From contig OZ024744.1 of the NCBI GenBank assembly GCA_964016885.1, forward strand, positions 39,370,001 through 39,434,000: DNA of 64,000 bases, written 5' to 3'. This DNA is from Eledone cirrhosa. Lineage: Eukaryota. A model generated the notes under the pieces. It searched no databases. It worked only from the letters and a program-made list of their open reading frames with translations, and was not told the origin of the DNA. A program made the position numbers and the translations under genes. Below, one piece after another: positions 40,168-53,454 of the stretch (its first letter is position 1; each line of letters opens with the position of its first letter).

Positions 40168-42676
40168 ATCATCATCATCATCATCACCGTTTTACGTCCG
40201 TTCTTCCACGCTAGCATGGGTTAGACGGGTTGTCCTGTTGTGGGCAGTGTCTGGTCGGCTGACCATGCCTTGCTCATACAGGAACTGATCTGGCTTGATT
40301 TCTACAGCTGGATGCCCTTCCTAACACCAACCTCATTTACAGTGAGTGCTGGGTGCTTTTTCGTGGCGCCTACACGTCCACTTTACAGTGTGGGCTGGGT
40401 GCTTTTTTGCCGTGGCACCTCCACGACCACCTTGCGGTGGGGGGGGGGGGGGCATATTGTTTATATGCTTCAGCATGTACCCATGGGAGGTCGGGTACCC
40501 TGTATTACTGCGTGACGCCAGAAGTCACGGTCGTGTGTCATTGACTTTGAGAGGTGTAGTTGGGTAAGGTCGGCTTTTATCACCTCATCCCAAGTCATCT
40601 TGGGTCTCCCCACTCCGCGGTTTCCATCAACTTCTAGTGCTCTGCACCTTTTTATGCAGCTGTCATCCTTCATACGCATCACATGTCCATACCAGCGTAA
40701 CCGCCTCTCCTGCACGCAGCATTTGATTCCTCTTATGCTCAGTCTCTCTCTCAATTCATTTATGCTTTGTCGTTCACGTATATTACTGTTACACATCCAT
40801 CGGAGCATGCAGGCTTCGTTTCTCTCTAATCTACGTAAGTCTTCCACCTTCAGCGCCCAGGTCTCACTACCATGCAACATCGCTGTTCGGATACACGCAT
40901 CATACAGTCTGCCTTTCATTCTGAGGGAGAAGCCTTTTGCAGCTAGCAGTGGTAGTAGTTCCCTAAACTTCTTCCATCCCGTTCTTACCCTAGTTATTGT
41001 ACTTTCTGAGCACCCACCTCCGTTGCTAATTCGGTCACCTAGGTAGCAGAAGCTGTCTACTGTTTCTACAGGGCCCTCCCAGAGATTGGTGGTACTTGTT
41101 TCCTGTGGCTGTTTGCTTGCTGTTTCAGCACAGCTGCTGCATGTGAATCCTACATTCTTAATTAAGCTTCCTGAGATCCCGCTACATCTCTTGTGTACCC
41201 ATTGTTTGCATTTGGGGCAGAGAATGGAGTTCCTACCTACACCTTTCCTACATACTGAGCAAGGCCATTTCCCTGAGGGGATCTGGGTTCTGTTTTCTCG
41301 TCTACTTATAAGGACCTTAGTCTTTGTCATGTTGACTTTGAGGCCCTTTCTCTCTAGTCCCTGCTTCCAGGTTTGGAATTTATTCTCTAGTTCTACCATA
41401 GATTCAGCTATGAGTGCGAGGTCATCAGCATACAGGAGTTCCCATGGGCATCCGGTCTTAAACTCCTCCGTTATTGCCTGCAGGACTATGATGAACAGGA
41501 GAGGGCTAAGAACAGAGCCCTGGTGGACCCCAACCTGTACGCTAAATTCCTCGCTATACTCATTGCCAATCCTAACTTTGCTGACTGCTCCCCTATACAT
41601 GGCTTGTACCGCTTTCACAAGCCATTCATCTACTCCTAGTTTTCTAAGAGCCCACCAGATTACTGCACGTGGAACTCTGTCAAAGGCTTTCTCAAGGTCG
41701 ACAAATGCCAAGTAGAGTGGCTTACTTTTAGCTAGGTACTTTTCCTGTAATTGCCTCACAAGGAAGAGCGCATCAGTGGTGCCTTTCCCTGGAACAAACC
41801 CAAATTGCATCTCGTCTATATTCACCCGGTCCCTAATCAGCTGTGCTATAACTCTTTCTGTTACTTTCATGACCTGGTCCATCAACTTTATACCTCTATA
41901 GTTTCCTCTATCTAGTGCATCGCCTTTACCTTTGTAGCAGTTGACAATGATGCTACTGCACCAATCTTTTGGTATGGCCCCCTCTAGTATTACCTGGTTA
42001 GCGATACGTGTGGTTATAGTGTGACCTACAGACCCAGATGCCTTCAGCATCTCGGCAGCTATACCCGATGGACCGGTTGCCTTCCCTATCTTCATATCTC
42101 TGATTGCCTTACTTACTACGCTGCCGCTGACTTGTACTGCTGGTCCCTCTATAGGGTCTACGTGGGGTAGGGTCTCTTCTTCCCATGCATTCTCCTCATT
42201 TAGTAATCTATCATAATGACTCTTCCATGCATCTTTCTTCTCAGCACTTGTGAGGGCAAGCTCACCTTTATCATTCCGGATACACTTCTCTCCAATGACA
42301 TCACAACTATCTCTGACACACTGCCTCGCAATCTTGAATACCTCCTGTTTCTGGTCCTCACGTTGTAAAACATGCTTGAATTTTCTATCCTCTGCTTCCC
42401 TCCTAGCTAAGTATACTTGTCGCCTAGCTTCCCTCTTGGTCTCTATGTAATGTACCCTGCTCCCCCCGTTCTTCCATTCTTTCCATGCCTGTCTCTTGGC
42501 CTTGACTGCTTCATCTACCTTATTGTTCCACCACCAAGTCACTCTCCTCCTGCTTGAGGTCTTACTCCAGCCACAAACCTCATCCGTCGCCTCTAGTAAG
42601 TTATTTTTTAGGAACTCCCAGTTCTCTTCTACGTTAAATGTCTCTATCTGTTCTTCTTTACTGTCGTAGGCGTTGA
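40168..42676 (-). mobile_element. RTE family A copy 2, 5'-truncated; uninterrupted RT-PHD frame ending at 40470
   Basis: Near identical to copy A1 from NAYDSKEEQ to the tail; microsatellite on both sides. Confidence 0.95.
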
Positions 42677-42685
42677 GATACACAC

Positions 42686-42716
<31 letters not shown>

Positions 42717-42762
42717 CACACATATATATATATATACATACATATATATATACATACATATA

Positions 42763-42803
<41 letters not shown>

Positions 42804-42861
42804 ATACATACATATATATACATACACACTCAGATATATATACATACACACTCAGATATAT

Positions 42862-42901
<40 letters not shown>

Positions 42902-43121
42902 TACATATACGTATACACACATAGGCACACACACATATATATACTACTTTGGTATTGTGCACTTTGTCCTAGTGTTTATAAACCCAAATGCACTAATGAG
43001 TGTGTGTGTAAATATACATACATACATGGGTAGGTGCAGCTATGGTTGTGTGTAATGAGTTATTATTACCATTAGGTGGTTTCTAATTTTGTATTATTAG
43101 GGTGTTGTCTATATTGTCTAT

Positions 43122-43567
43122 GAAGATATGTGGCCTAGTGGTTAGAGTGTTGGATTCATAATGAGTTTAATTGCTGGGCAGTATGTTCTGCCCTTGAGCA
43201 AGACCTCATTTCATGTTATTCTAGTCCACTCTCCTGGAAAAATGAGTTGCAACGTCACTGGTGCCAAGCTGTATCATCCTATGGACAACATTTATGGCAT
43301 GGAGAAAGGAGACTAGCATGCATGGGTAAGTGTTCAAGGAGAGGAATTTTTCAGATGCCAAGAAATCCCAGTGGAAAGAACCTGCAGGAGAAGAAGGCTG
43401 GGGAAGACCTGGGTAGAGCTAGCGAGAGCAGATCTTAAATCACTGAAACTCAGGGGAGATGTTGAAGGATTGCGACAAATGGAGAGATGCTGTTTTGAAA
43501 AGGACCCATCTAAACCATCAAAGTGTGGAAAAGCAGAAGTAAAAACGATGATGAGATGATGATGATA
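43122..43567 (+). mobile_element. Older tRNA/CORE SINE with a long RTE-ORF-derived 3' end
   Basis: tggcctagtgg A box, cccttgagcaagac, then PVE..RRRRLGKTWVE..DLKSLKL and (GAT)n. Confidence 0.75.
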
Positions 43568-44005
43568 CACACACGATGATGATGACGATTGTGTGTGTAT
43601 CATCATCATCATCATCTATATATATATATACACACACACATACACATATAAATATATACACACCACATACATATATACATACATTTTAATACAGATAGAG
43701 AGATATATGCACCGGTACTTGTATGTTGAAAGGTTATATACGATCATATAATATGGGAGTCAATATTTAAAACCCCACCCATCTGACCCTTAAGACCTCA
43801 ACAAACCTTGTTAATAGGTCTGAACAAGGAGGTGGCATTAATATAATGTCACATGGCTACACAATATGCACACATACACAGCATCATTACACACACATCC
43901 GCACACACAAATATACATATTCTTACACACATATTCACACACACATACCTACACACTAATAGATAGAATAGAAAAATAATAAAACAGACATGCAGATAAA
44001 GAAAG

Positions 44006-44071
<66 letters not shown>

Positions 44072-44282
44072 AACTATATTAGAAAGAGTCGGGGCCCGAC
44101 GGCTGAGCTCCTGCCATTTCAACAGCTAATTCCAGACTTTTCAGGTGCCAAGAAATCCCAGTGTGGAAACAATGAGAACTCAGATGTTGGGCTCTAACTC
44201 ATTCTAATATAGTCACACTCTACTAGCCCAAGTATTGAGTACTCTGTTGAATAATGGTCTAACTAGTTTAATACTGGTTTAA

Positions 44283-44637
44283 TCATCATCATCATTTTAC
44301 GTCCGCTTTTCCCTGCTTGCAAGGGTGGGACGGGAACTGATTCTGGCTTGATTTCTACAGCTGGATGCCCTTCCTAACACCAACCTCATTTACAGTGAAT
44401 GCTGGGTGCTTTTTTGCTGTGGCACCTGCATGACCATTTTACAGTGAGTGCAGGGTGCTTTTTGGCCGTGGCACCTGCACGATCACTTTGCAGTAGAATG
44501 ATAGGGACCCCAGTCCCTATCATCTCATTTCTACAGCTGAGTAAACTGGAGCAATGTGAAATAAAGTGTCTTGCTCAAGGAAACAACACATCACCTGGTC
44601 TGAGAATTGAACTCACAACCTTTCGATTGCAAGGCCA
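44283..44637 (-). mobile_element. Young SINE, head slightly truncated
   Basis: Reverse complement of the 45260-45610 SINE family. Confidence 0.9.
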
Positions 44638-44663
44638 AAATCAAATAATCAGATCTATATATA

Positions 44664-45165
44664 ATAAAACATGTCTATAGAATCACAAGATAAAATATAT
44701 ATACCATTTCCTCTCCCAATTAGCATAATCAACTATATAAAAAATCGAATAGACCAGGCTATAAGAATGAGGCTTCTATGAAGAAATCTCCAACAAATAA
44801 CCGAAACTATTCCTTCGCGTCGGCCGCAACGGAATATTTATCGAATATTTCGACAGCGTAATCGCCCAGATACAGTCAATTAAACAGAATTAGGTGTAAA
44901 ATAAACTAGGAGAAAATAGATCTCCTAGTTTATTTTACACCTAATTCTGTTTAATTGACTGTATCTGGGCGATTACGCTGTCGAAATATTCGATAAATAT
45001 TCCGTTGCGGCCGACGCGAAGGAATAGTTTCGGTTATTTGTTGGAGATTTCTTCATAGAAGCCTCATTCTTATAGCCTGGTCTATTCGATTTTTTATATA
45101 GTTGATTATGCTAATTGGGAGAGGAAATGGTATATATATTTTATCTTGTGATTCTATAGACATGT

Positions 45166-45170
<5 letters not shown>
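44664..45170. repeat. Perfect palindrome: 250-bp arms, 7-nt loop (44914-44920)
   Basis: 44664-44913 is the reverse complement of 44921-45170, with no mismatch seen. Confidence 0.95.
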
Positions 45171-45251
<81 letters not shown>

Positions 45252-45259
45252 ACACACAC

Positions 45260-45610
45260 ATGGCTTAGTGGTTATAGCATTGGCCTTGCAATCGAAAGGT
45301 TGTGAGTTCAATTCACAGACCGGGTGATGTGTTGTTTCCTTGAGCAAGACACTTTATTTCACATTGCTCCAGTTTACTCAGCTGTAGAAATGAGATGATA
45401 GGACTAGGGTCCCTATCATTCCACTGCAAAGTGGAAAAAAGCACCCAGCCCACACTGTAGGCGCCACGAAAAAAAAAAGCACCCAGCACTCACAGTAAAT
45501 GAGGTTGGTGTTAGGAAGGGCATCCAGCTGTAGAAATCAAGCCAGAATCAGTTCCCGTCCCACCCTTGCAAGCAGGGAAAAGCGGACGTAAAATGATGAT
45601 GATGATGATG
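45260..45610 (+). mobile_element. Full-length SINE: tRNA head - CORE - RTE-derived motif - RTE-D 3' tail
   Basis: A box tggcttagtgg and B box gagttcaattc; CORE-like ccttgagcaagacactt. The final cccgtcccacccttgcaagcagggaaaagcggacgtaaaat(gat)n is identical to 58374-58435. Confidence 0.92.
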
Positions 45611-45742
45611 GTATAGAGAAAGAGCCATATATTGCACATATTGTGCAATATATGGCTTTTTCTTTCTATATATATATATATATATTTATACATACATATA
45701 TCTCTTTATTTGGTTATTATGGCTCTGGATAAAGTCTATTAA

Positions 45743-45996
45743 GCTTGCTTATTGAGAAACACAATATTCTAAACATATTTGATAAGCTTAGATTCATTAT
45801 TTGTATTTAAACATACGTTAAAGGTGTGACAATTTGAAATCTGTGGTTTGTATTAACTTGTTGTGGTGTCCTCTGAGGCATTCTTCATTTAACCACAGTT
45901 TTCAATTTGTCACACCTTTAACGTATGTTTAAATACAAATAATGAATGTAAGCATATCAAATATGTTTAGAATATTGTGTTTCTCAATAAGCAAGC
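45743..45996. repeat. Inverted repeat, ~106-bp arms, 42-bp spacer (MITE/foldback-like)
   Basis: 45743-45848 versus 45891-45996, with few mismatches. Confidence 0.9.
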
Positions 45997-46825
45997 GTAT
46001 TTTTTTTACTCTGATATTTAATTTATTGATTTTTCAATATCCTTTTATTGAGTGCCTCATGCAAAGCTTCCGAAGATTGTTCTTTCAAGAGATGCTGTAA
46101 TTTTTACTAACTTTCTTTGTTACACACATTTCTTCTTAGCTTCGTACGGACATGTAATAACACACACACACACACATACTTACGCACATGCACAAGTATA
46201 GATCTTTTTACAAAACGTTTTTTTTTTTTTGCATTTCCGGTAGACGGGCTTCATCATCCACTTTTTTTTAATAAATCATACCCAAAACGCCAGCAACAAC
46301 AGTTTTTGCAAGGGATGTTAACATGAATGGACCTGTTATTTTTATCTAAAGACATTTTTTCTAATTCCAACCCACCCGTCCCCTCAATCTATCTTATTTC
46401 TCATTCTTTCTTCTGATGAAGGACTAGCGTCCGAAAGGGTAAGACGCTCTTCTGCTATATCAAGCGTTAACCTAATATATCCTTTCCATATACTGTACCA
46501 ATTGTGTTGTTATTTCTGTTTACCTTTTACATACATATATATATATATATATTTACACACATACATACTTACATATATGTATATACATTGTCATCGTTTA
46601 AGTGGACGTTAAACAATCTTGATGATGATGATAATTGTTTCTACTTTTGGCACAAGGCTAGTATTAGTACTTTATTTTATCGACCCCGTAAGGATGAAAG
46701 GCAAAGTTAACCTTGGCGGGATTTGAACTCAGAATGGCAAGGACCGTAACTCTATGCATCAAAGCATGGCGTCCGACCCTCTACCGTTGATGCCAATCTA
46801 CCGATGATGATAATAATTTCATTTT

Positions 46826-47057
46826 CATTTTACGTCCGCTTTTTCCCTGCTTGCAAGGGTGGGACGGGAACTGATTTTGGCTTGATTTCTACAGCTGGAT
46901 GCCCTTCCTAACACCAACCTCATTTACAGTGAGTGCTGGGTGCTTTTTTGCCATGACACCTCCACGACCACTTTGCAGTGGAATGATATGGACCCCAGTC
47001 CCTATCATCTCATTTCTACAGCTGAGTAAACTGGAGCAATGTGAAATAAAGTGTCTC
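46826..47057 (-). mobile_element. Truncated copy of the same young SINE
   Basis: ttttacgtccgctttt..ggatgcccttcctaacacc..gagtaaactggagcaatgtgaaataaagtgtc. Confidence 0.9.
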
Positions 47058-48429
47058 TGAAGACACATCCAACCCTTGCCACTAGAGAAAACAGAGGTTA
47101 CATGATGATAATGATGATGACAGCAATACATGTACACACAAACTCAAGCCTTTACCAACAATATGCTATCTTGTATATTTCAACATCCAGGTTTGGGTGA
47201 GCAAAGCCTAAATATAATAAACAGGGTTGTGGATTCGCAATGTCAGTTGAGTGTCGGACATGCTTTGCAGCATATAATTACATGCCTTTACTTCTGAGTT
47301 CAAATCTCGCGGAAGTTAGCTTTGCCTTTCATCCTTATGAGGTTGATAAAGTAAAGCTCCAGTAATGTACTGGGGTCGATTTAACCAACTTTCCCCTCCC
47401 AAAAAATGATTTGCCTTGTGCCTAAATCAGAAACCATTATATAGCAATATATTTAGCATATAGGTTCATATATTCCTTTATTCTGAATCACACTGTGTTA
47501 ATGCTGTTGCTAATTAATATTACTCAATCAAACTTGCATTGTAAGTAAATAAGCCTTCAACAAGAATAGTTTATTTACAAAACGTATAACACTTAAAAGT
47601 CTTTCCTATCTCAGTATCATGGAGTAAGTGAATGATGATGGTGAGAAATAACTCTGAAATACAGTACCAATACTGAAGTAGCTGTGATATAATTACAGCT
47701 AACAATACTTGCAGTAAGATTAGATATATGTTTATTACATGTAATCATATAGTATATAGGGCCATATATGTTTTTATTGTGAATCACGCTGTGTTAGTGT
47801 TATCACTAATTAATACTAGTCACTCAAGCTTGCTCTACAAATAATGTGCTTACAAATTCTATAAGATATTGTCTTCTATACTTCAGCAAGCACTGATGTA
47901 TAAAAACATTGAAATACAACTACTCCTCATCGTAACTTAGTCAAAAACTTATCACTGCAAAATTTCATTAAAAAAATAAATGCTTTATTAAGAAAGTTAT
48001 GAGGAAAATGTGAAGGATAGGTGGTGTGGGGTGGAGGCGAGTGAACCACTAAACAGTAGTTACGCCAATGGAAGTCCTAAACCACTTTCCTTCTCTCATT
48101 AAACACATACACAACCACCACCACTACCATTAAACACATTGACTCACACACCACACATTCTCACACACACACACACACAATATACATTCACAGAAACACA
48201 ACACACATACGTTTAAAGAAAATATAAACTAAATCAACATGAGTGCTAAAACAAACCAACAACAAAAACCTCCAGAAAAGTCTTGTATTACAAATGTTTT
48301 AAATCAGTAAACCAGTGATGGTTGTAAACTACGTTTTTTGGTCGAACCTTGGGAACAAAATCTTAATTCTGACCCACGAAATATTTATTTTTTTTAACCT
48401 CTCTCTCTCTCTAACAGACTTTAGTCCTG

Positions 48430-48530
48430 CCGGTGATGGTAGTGATAGTGATGATGTTGCCATCGTCGTTGGTATTATGGTTGTTGTTGGCGTTGTTGTT
48501 GTGTTTGATGTTATGGTTTTTTTTGTTGTT

Positions 48531-48561
<31 letters not shown>

Positions 48562-49030
48562 GTTTTAAACACTTTAGTCTTTATTGTGTTGTATCAGATG
48601 AAAGAATGGTATTTAACTAACGTATTGGTACGCGATGGGGCCCTTGCTGTTGAGGTTGATGTTATGGTGGTCGTTGTGGTTGTGGTGGTTGTTGTTATGG
48701 TGGTTGTTGATATGGTGGTTGATGTTATGGTGGTTGTTGATATGGTGGTTGATGTTATGGTGGTTGTTGTGGTTGATGTTATGGTGGTTGTTGTGGTTGA
48801 TGTTATGGTGGTTGTTGTTGTTGTGATTGATGTAATGGTGGTTGTTATGGTGGTTGTTGTTGTGGTTGATGTTATGGTGGTTGTTGTGGTTGATGTTATG
48901 GTGGTTGTTGTTGTGGTTGATGTTATGGTGGTTGTTGTGGTGGTTGTTGATGTTATGGTTGTTGTTGCTGTCGTCGTCATTGGTTTTGTCGCTGTTTTTA
49001 TTATCGTCGTCACCGTCATAGTGTTTTTGT
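48430..49030. repeat. Degenerate (GTT/GTG/GAT) trinucleotide satellite
   Basis: Recurring gttgatgttatggtggttgtt unit. Confidence 0.9.
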
Positions 49031-50142
49031 TGTTTGTTTGTTTTTTGTAAATATTTCATTTGGTTTTGATTAGACAAATGTTAAATGTCAAAAATAACTT
49101 TACCCCTCACCCATTCCAAGTTTAACAATCAACATCACTCTCATTTAAGGGTCTGTCCACCTCGTGATCCCAGTAGACAGACTAGAGAAGATGTTGTACC
49201 ATAAGATGACGAGGGAGACACGCTGGAACAGTCACTCCAGCTTGCAGAGTAGCCAACAGAATTGTTTGTTTCTGCGGAGAGGATTTTTGTTTTATTATTC
49301 TTTCTTTATAAAATAAAGTACCAGTAATACACTGGGGTCGATTTAATCGACTTTCTCTTTTCCCCAAAATTGTTGGTCTTGTGACTAAATCTTTACATGC
49401 CATTTCCTTTGACGATGTGGTCTGATGTCCGTTACCAGGTCAGTGTTATAGTGATCCGATGTATATGACTGTTGTTGTTATTGTTAGCTCTATGCCAGCA
49501 CTAACCGTTGATCAAACCTATAATCAAAGGCATTCCAGTCGTGACCATCCCATAGTTTTTTTGCTATATGTATAATCTAATGTCCCCTGTCACTGTCGTA
49601 GTCGTTAATGTGTATGGCTATTGTTGTTGCTGTTGTTAGCTCTATGCCAGCACCGACAGTTGGTCAGACCTATAACCAAAGGCATTCCAGTCGTGACCAT
49701 CCCATAGATTGTGTTAGGTATAAAATCTAATGTGCGTGGTTACTGTCGTAGTCGTTGGTGTGTAAGGCTGCTGTTATTCTTGTAATTGTTGGCACCAGAT
49801 AAGCACAACATTGACCAAAAATACAGAGCCAAAGGCATTCCAACTGCGACCATCCCATCTTCCTGCTATGAGCAAAGAACACATGACTACAATATTAAAC
49901 ATGTCCTTCTTTTAAGATATTAGAAATATGGTGTAATTTGGGAGATTTCCAACTGCTATTTCTAGCACATCAAAACACCATCTAAAAAATCTCGATGTTT
50001 AATGTTGCTACTTTTCATTGTAATTATCGTTGTTTAGCTACAGATCAGCGCTCATCGAACAGACCTATGATCAGGATTTTCCATCCATGACCATCCCATC
50101 TTTATATATATTTAACAGAATGCTGGGTTGATGTATATATAT

Positions 50143-52298
50143 TGTAAAGGCGCATTTCATGCCTAAATACTCCTGCATCGAAGGTCACCAGTTTTAACAG
50201 GATGGTTTTAAGAATAGATGTATCACCACGAAGAATCGAGGTTAGGATGTAAGTCTCAGGTTCTGTTGCTGCTGTGATAATACCTCTGGAAGGAATCCTT
50301 CCATATCACATTTAAAGGCATTGCTGTGGTAACAGTTTGGTAGTAAGATGTTAGGAATATCGACAACGACTTTGACGTGTTTTACATTATTTATTAACAA
50401 GGTTGAGCTGAGTGGAGTTGAATAGCTGGCATGCCAAGAGAGATAAAACAAACGAATTAAGAGTTCAGGAGGCACGGTCTACTGGCTGAAGTGTTGCCAG
50501 GCCATGGTTAAGTTGTTGTATTACATGTTGGCTAGTGATTTCACGACGAAAGAAAGTTAGGTGTTTACCTTTTCAAAGTCAGTGTGCAAGAGAGAGATTT
50601 CTCAAATCCACGCGGGAATTTTTCCCTCAGGGCGCGTAGGGATACATTCTCTTCTACTGGCGCTGATTGGCTGAGCTGAGCCAAATCACGCACAGAGAAT
50701 GTATGTGAGCCCGCGGAATGTAGGTCACTACAATACTCCCCTCCTAGTCGTAAGACGATACAGATTATTGAATCAGCAGGGAAAAATGCTGAAAGAGCAC
50801 ATCAGTGAAAAAATAATTGAACAGAAGAAAAATGAGGCGCTAAGGGCCGTGTTTAGCCGCTGTGTCAAATGACTAGCTGTTTTATAGTTTATACGTGACA
50901 ACCAAGGGTCTAACAGAAAATGGATAAAGTCTGACATGGGAAAAGTTGCTGTTCTTGCATTAAATGTTAATGGTAAATGCTATACCAGTAGCTGTGGGTG
51001 AAGCTGTTATGGTGGCTTACCAGTGCTGGCAAGAAGATGATGGGTAGGCGAGAAAATGTCGGCCTCCCAGATGTATTGCCGAAAGTGCTAAGCAGCCAGG
51101 AAAAAATGGCTGGTTGCTTTGAAAAGAAAAAAGCAAGTTGAATCTGTAGGTGGGTAGTAGTTGAAATGTAAATTCCATAATTCTAGCGAATCAATAGAAA
51201 TGTTGGAAATGCTGACAGGTCCAGTTCCATTTGTTGTTTTCCCAGTGAGTCGGGTAAAGTAACAAGATGGAGGTTGTTATGCTATAGGATGATGAGTATG
51301 CAACGAGATGCGAACTGTTTGAATCATCATCATCATCATTTTACGTCCGCTTTTCCCTGCGCAATTAGCATTCTCGTGTTGCAGTGCCTGTTTGAGTTCA
51401 GGTGAATTAAGCTGCAAAGTGTCGACAGCATGTTTGGTGTCTCCACAAAGTGAGAAGGGATCTCGCAGAATATTACGACGTTTGAATATCATACACTAAG
51501 AACAACATGTTGGTGTGTGTCAAAGAAATGTGTGTACATATGCAGGCATGTAATACAGCAAAGACAATGTGTGCGTGCAGTCATATATATAATGATATTG
51601 AGAAGAAAAAAAATGAATTTTCATATAATTCAGTTTTAAAAGAATAAATGTCCAAACATTGCCTGTAAAAAGCGAAAGAAAGAAAGAATAGTTTTTTAAC
51701 ACAAAGTTCGCTCTCTCTTTTCTTTGAAATTTCTTTGGGATTGCTCTTACTAGGAAGCTAGTAGAGTTGTTGTTGCTATCAAAACAAAGTCAGAGTAATC
51801 TTCTGTAGAATCGAAGTCGAATTCACCATGCGTTGTCTATGGTTAGTGGTTAACCAATGTTGTCATTGTAGCCGAAGTTGAAATTGTTTCAAGGGAAACA
51901 ACTTATTCACAGCTAGAAGATCCCAGAATGTGTTGCGCAAAGTGTCAGAAATAACAGCCAAAATTGATGGTCAGTGTTGCGGTTGAAGTTGATCTGTTTA
52001 AATCCAGATGAAGTTGCGAACATTGAAACGAGCATGCAGGATAAATGCACAGTAACTAACGCCAATTTACGGCATTGTATTGTCGCAAATTTTTTACCGG
52101 CAAATATTAAAAAATAGCTTGGGCTGATGAAGTCCTTGAAAGAAATAGCGTGCAAGAGATCGATTTCTCAAATCCACGCGGGAATTTTTCCCTCAGGGCG
52201 CGTAGGGATACATTCTCTTCTACTGGCGCTGATTGGCTGAGCTGAGCCAAATCACGCACAGAGAATGTATGTGAGCCCGCGGAATGTAGGTCACTACA
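50143..52298 (-). mobile_element. Internally deleted or non-autonomous LTR element
   Basis: 149-bp near-identical direct repeats (50584-50732, 52150-52298) starting TGTAG on the minus strand. Polypurine tract AGGAGGGGAGTAT abuts the left repeat. Candidate outer end TG at 50143, with TATAT on both flanks. Confidence 0.7.
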
Positions 52299-53026
52299 TA
52301 TATATATAGAGAGACAGATAGATAGATACTACTACTACCACTCTAGTGGGGTCAACTTTGGTATCATGAACAGGTTTCTTCACTAGAATTTAGGAATGAA
52401 CTCCATTGATAATTTGTTCTGTTCGTCCTAACTACGTAGATGTTCTTAAATTTTTTCGGAAATAACACGTGGCTTCTGTATGTGATGTTTTGCTAAATAC
52501 ATCAACTGCTCACATGGTGCAGTGATGAAACTGTACAGTTCAGAGCATTCTTTGTGTTCCCATACTGTTTACCCACTATATAACATATTGTGTCCTCACT
52601 GATATGCAAATTCGTATTTACAACATACGAGTTTTGTAAAATCATTGAGTGAGTGGTTAATGGTGATCCTAGACGAAATCCCAGTGTCTCTTCATATATT
52701 TTTTTTACTCTAATTAGTGTCAAGAGTTAGATTGAAATTGTCTGGCTCAGTTAATGTCCGACTAATGCAAGCCTCCTAAGACTGAAGGTCATCGAGAACA
52801 ACTCAAGAGGCCACCTATTGCTGACACCAACTTCATAGGAATATTACATTGACTCCAGTATTTGACTGGTACCCAACCCAGAAATATGGAAGTTAAGCTT
52901 AGTCCTAAGTCTCCCATTGTAATTGTGTTTATATTTAGGATGTTTTATAAGAACCTCAGTATTTAACTAGTACCGTATTTTATCCAACCCAGAAATATGA
53001 AAGCTAAAGTTAGGCTTAGTCCTATG

Positions 53027-53345
53027 TCTTCTTCTTTGCCCACTTAATTCTGTGAGGGTTGTGGGGGAAGAGTCCTCAAACACTCCTTCCAGTGGGTCCT
53101 GTCAGAAGCACCCATCTCCAACTGATCCAGTTGGATCCCCAAATATGACAAGCCAAACTCATGAATGTTATCTAACCATCTTGCTCAGGATCTACCCCTA
53201 GGTTTCCTGTCGGTTGGTTTTGCCTGTAAAATCTGTCCAGCGATTCTTTCCCCGAGACGTTCTAACCACATGCCCATAGTATCAGTTTGGAGTTTGGAGA
53301 AGTAGCAGCTCTACCTGGAGTAATTCTCTGATCTCCGAACTATGC
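53027..53345 (-). mobile_element. Decayed 3' end of another RTE family with an (AAG)n tail
   Basis: YGHV..KPTDRKPRGRS*ARWLDNI..DRTHWK. Confidence 0.7.
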
Positions 53346-53454
53346 CGCAAAAACTGACAATGGGCCTGCAATCTATCCTTGGAGGTGTGGGATGGACACA
53401 CAAAGATTGCATATCCCGAAACCCCAAAAGAGAGAAAACCTTGACAATAGTCCT

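Noticed and set aside
45260-45320. tRNA gene
   Set aside because: A and B boxes are present, but there is no proper cloverleaf and it runs into a CORE domain; this is a SINE head.
48433-49077. Mucin-like poly-Thr, poly-Val and Asn/His ORFs
   Set aside because: A trinucleotide satellite open in several frames on both strands, with no splice or domain context.
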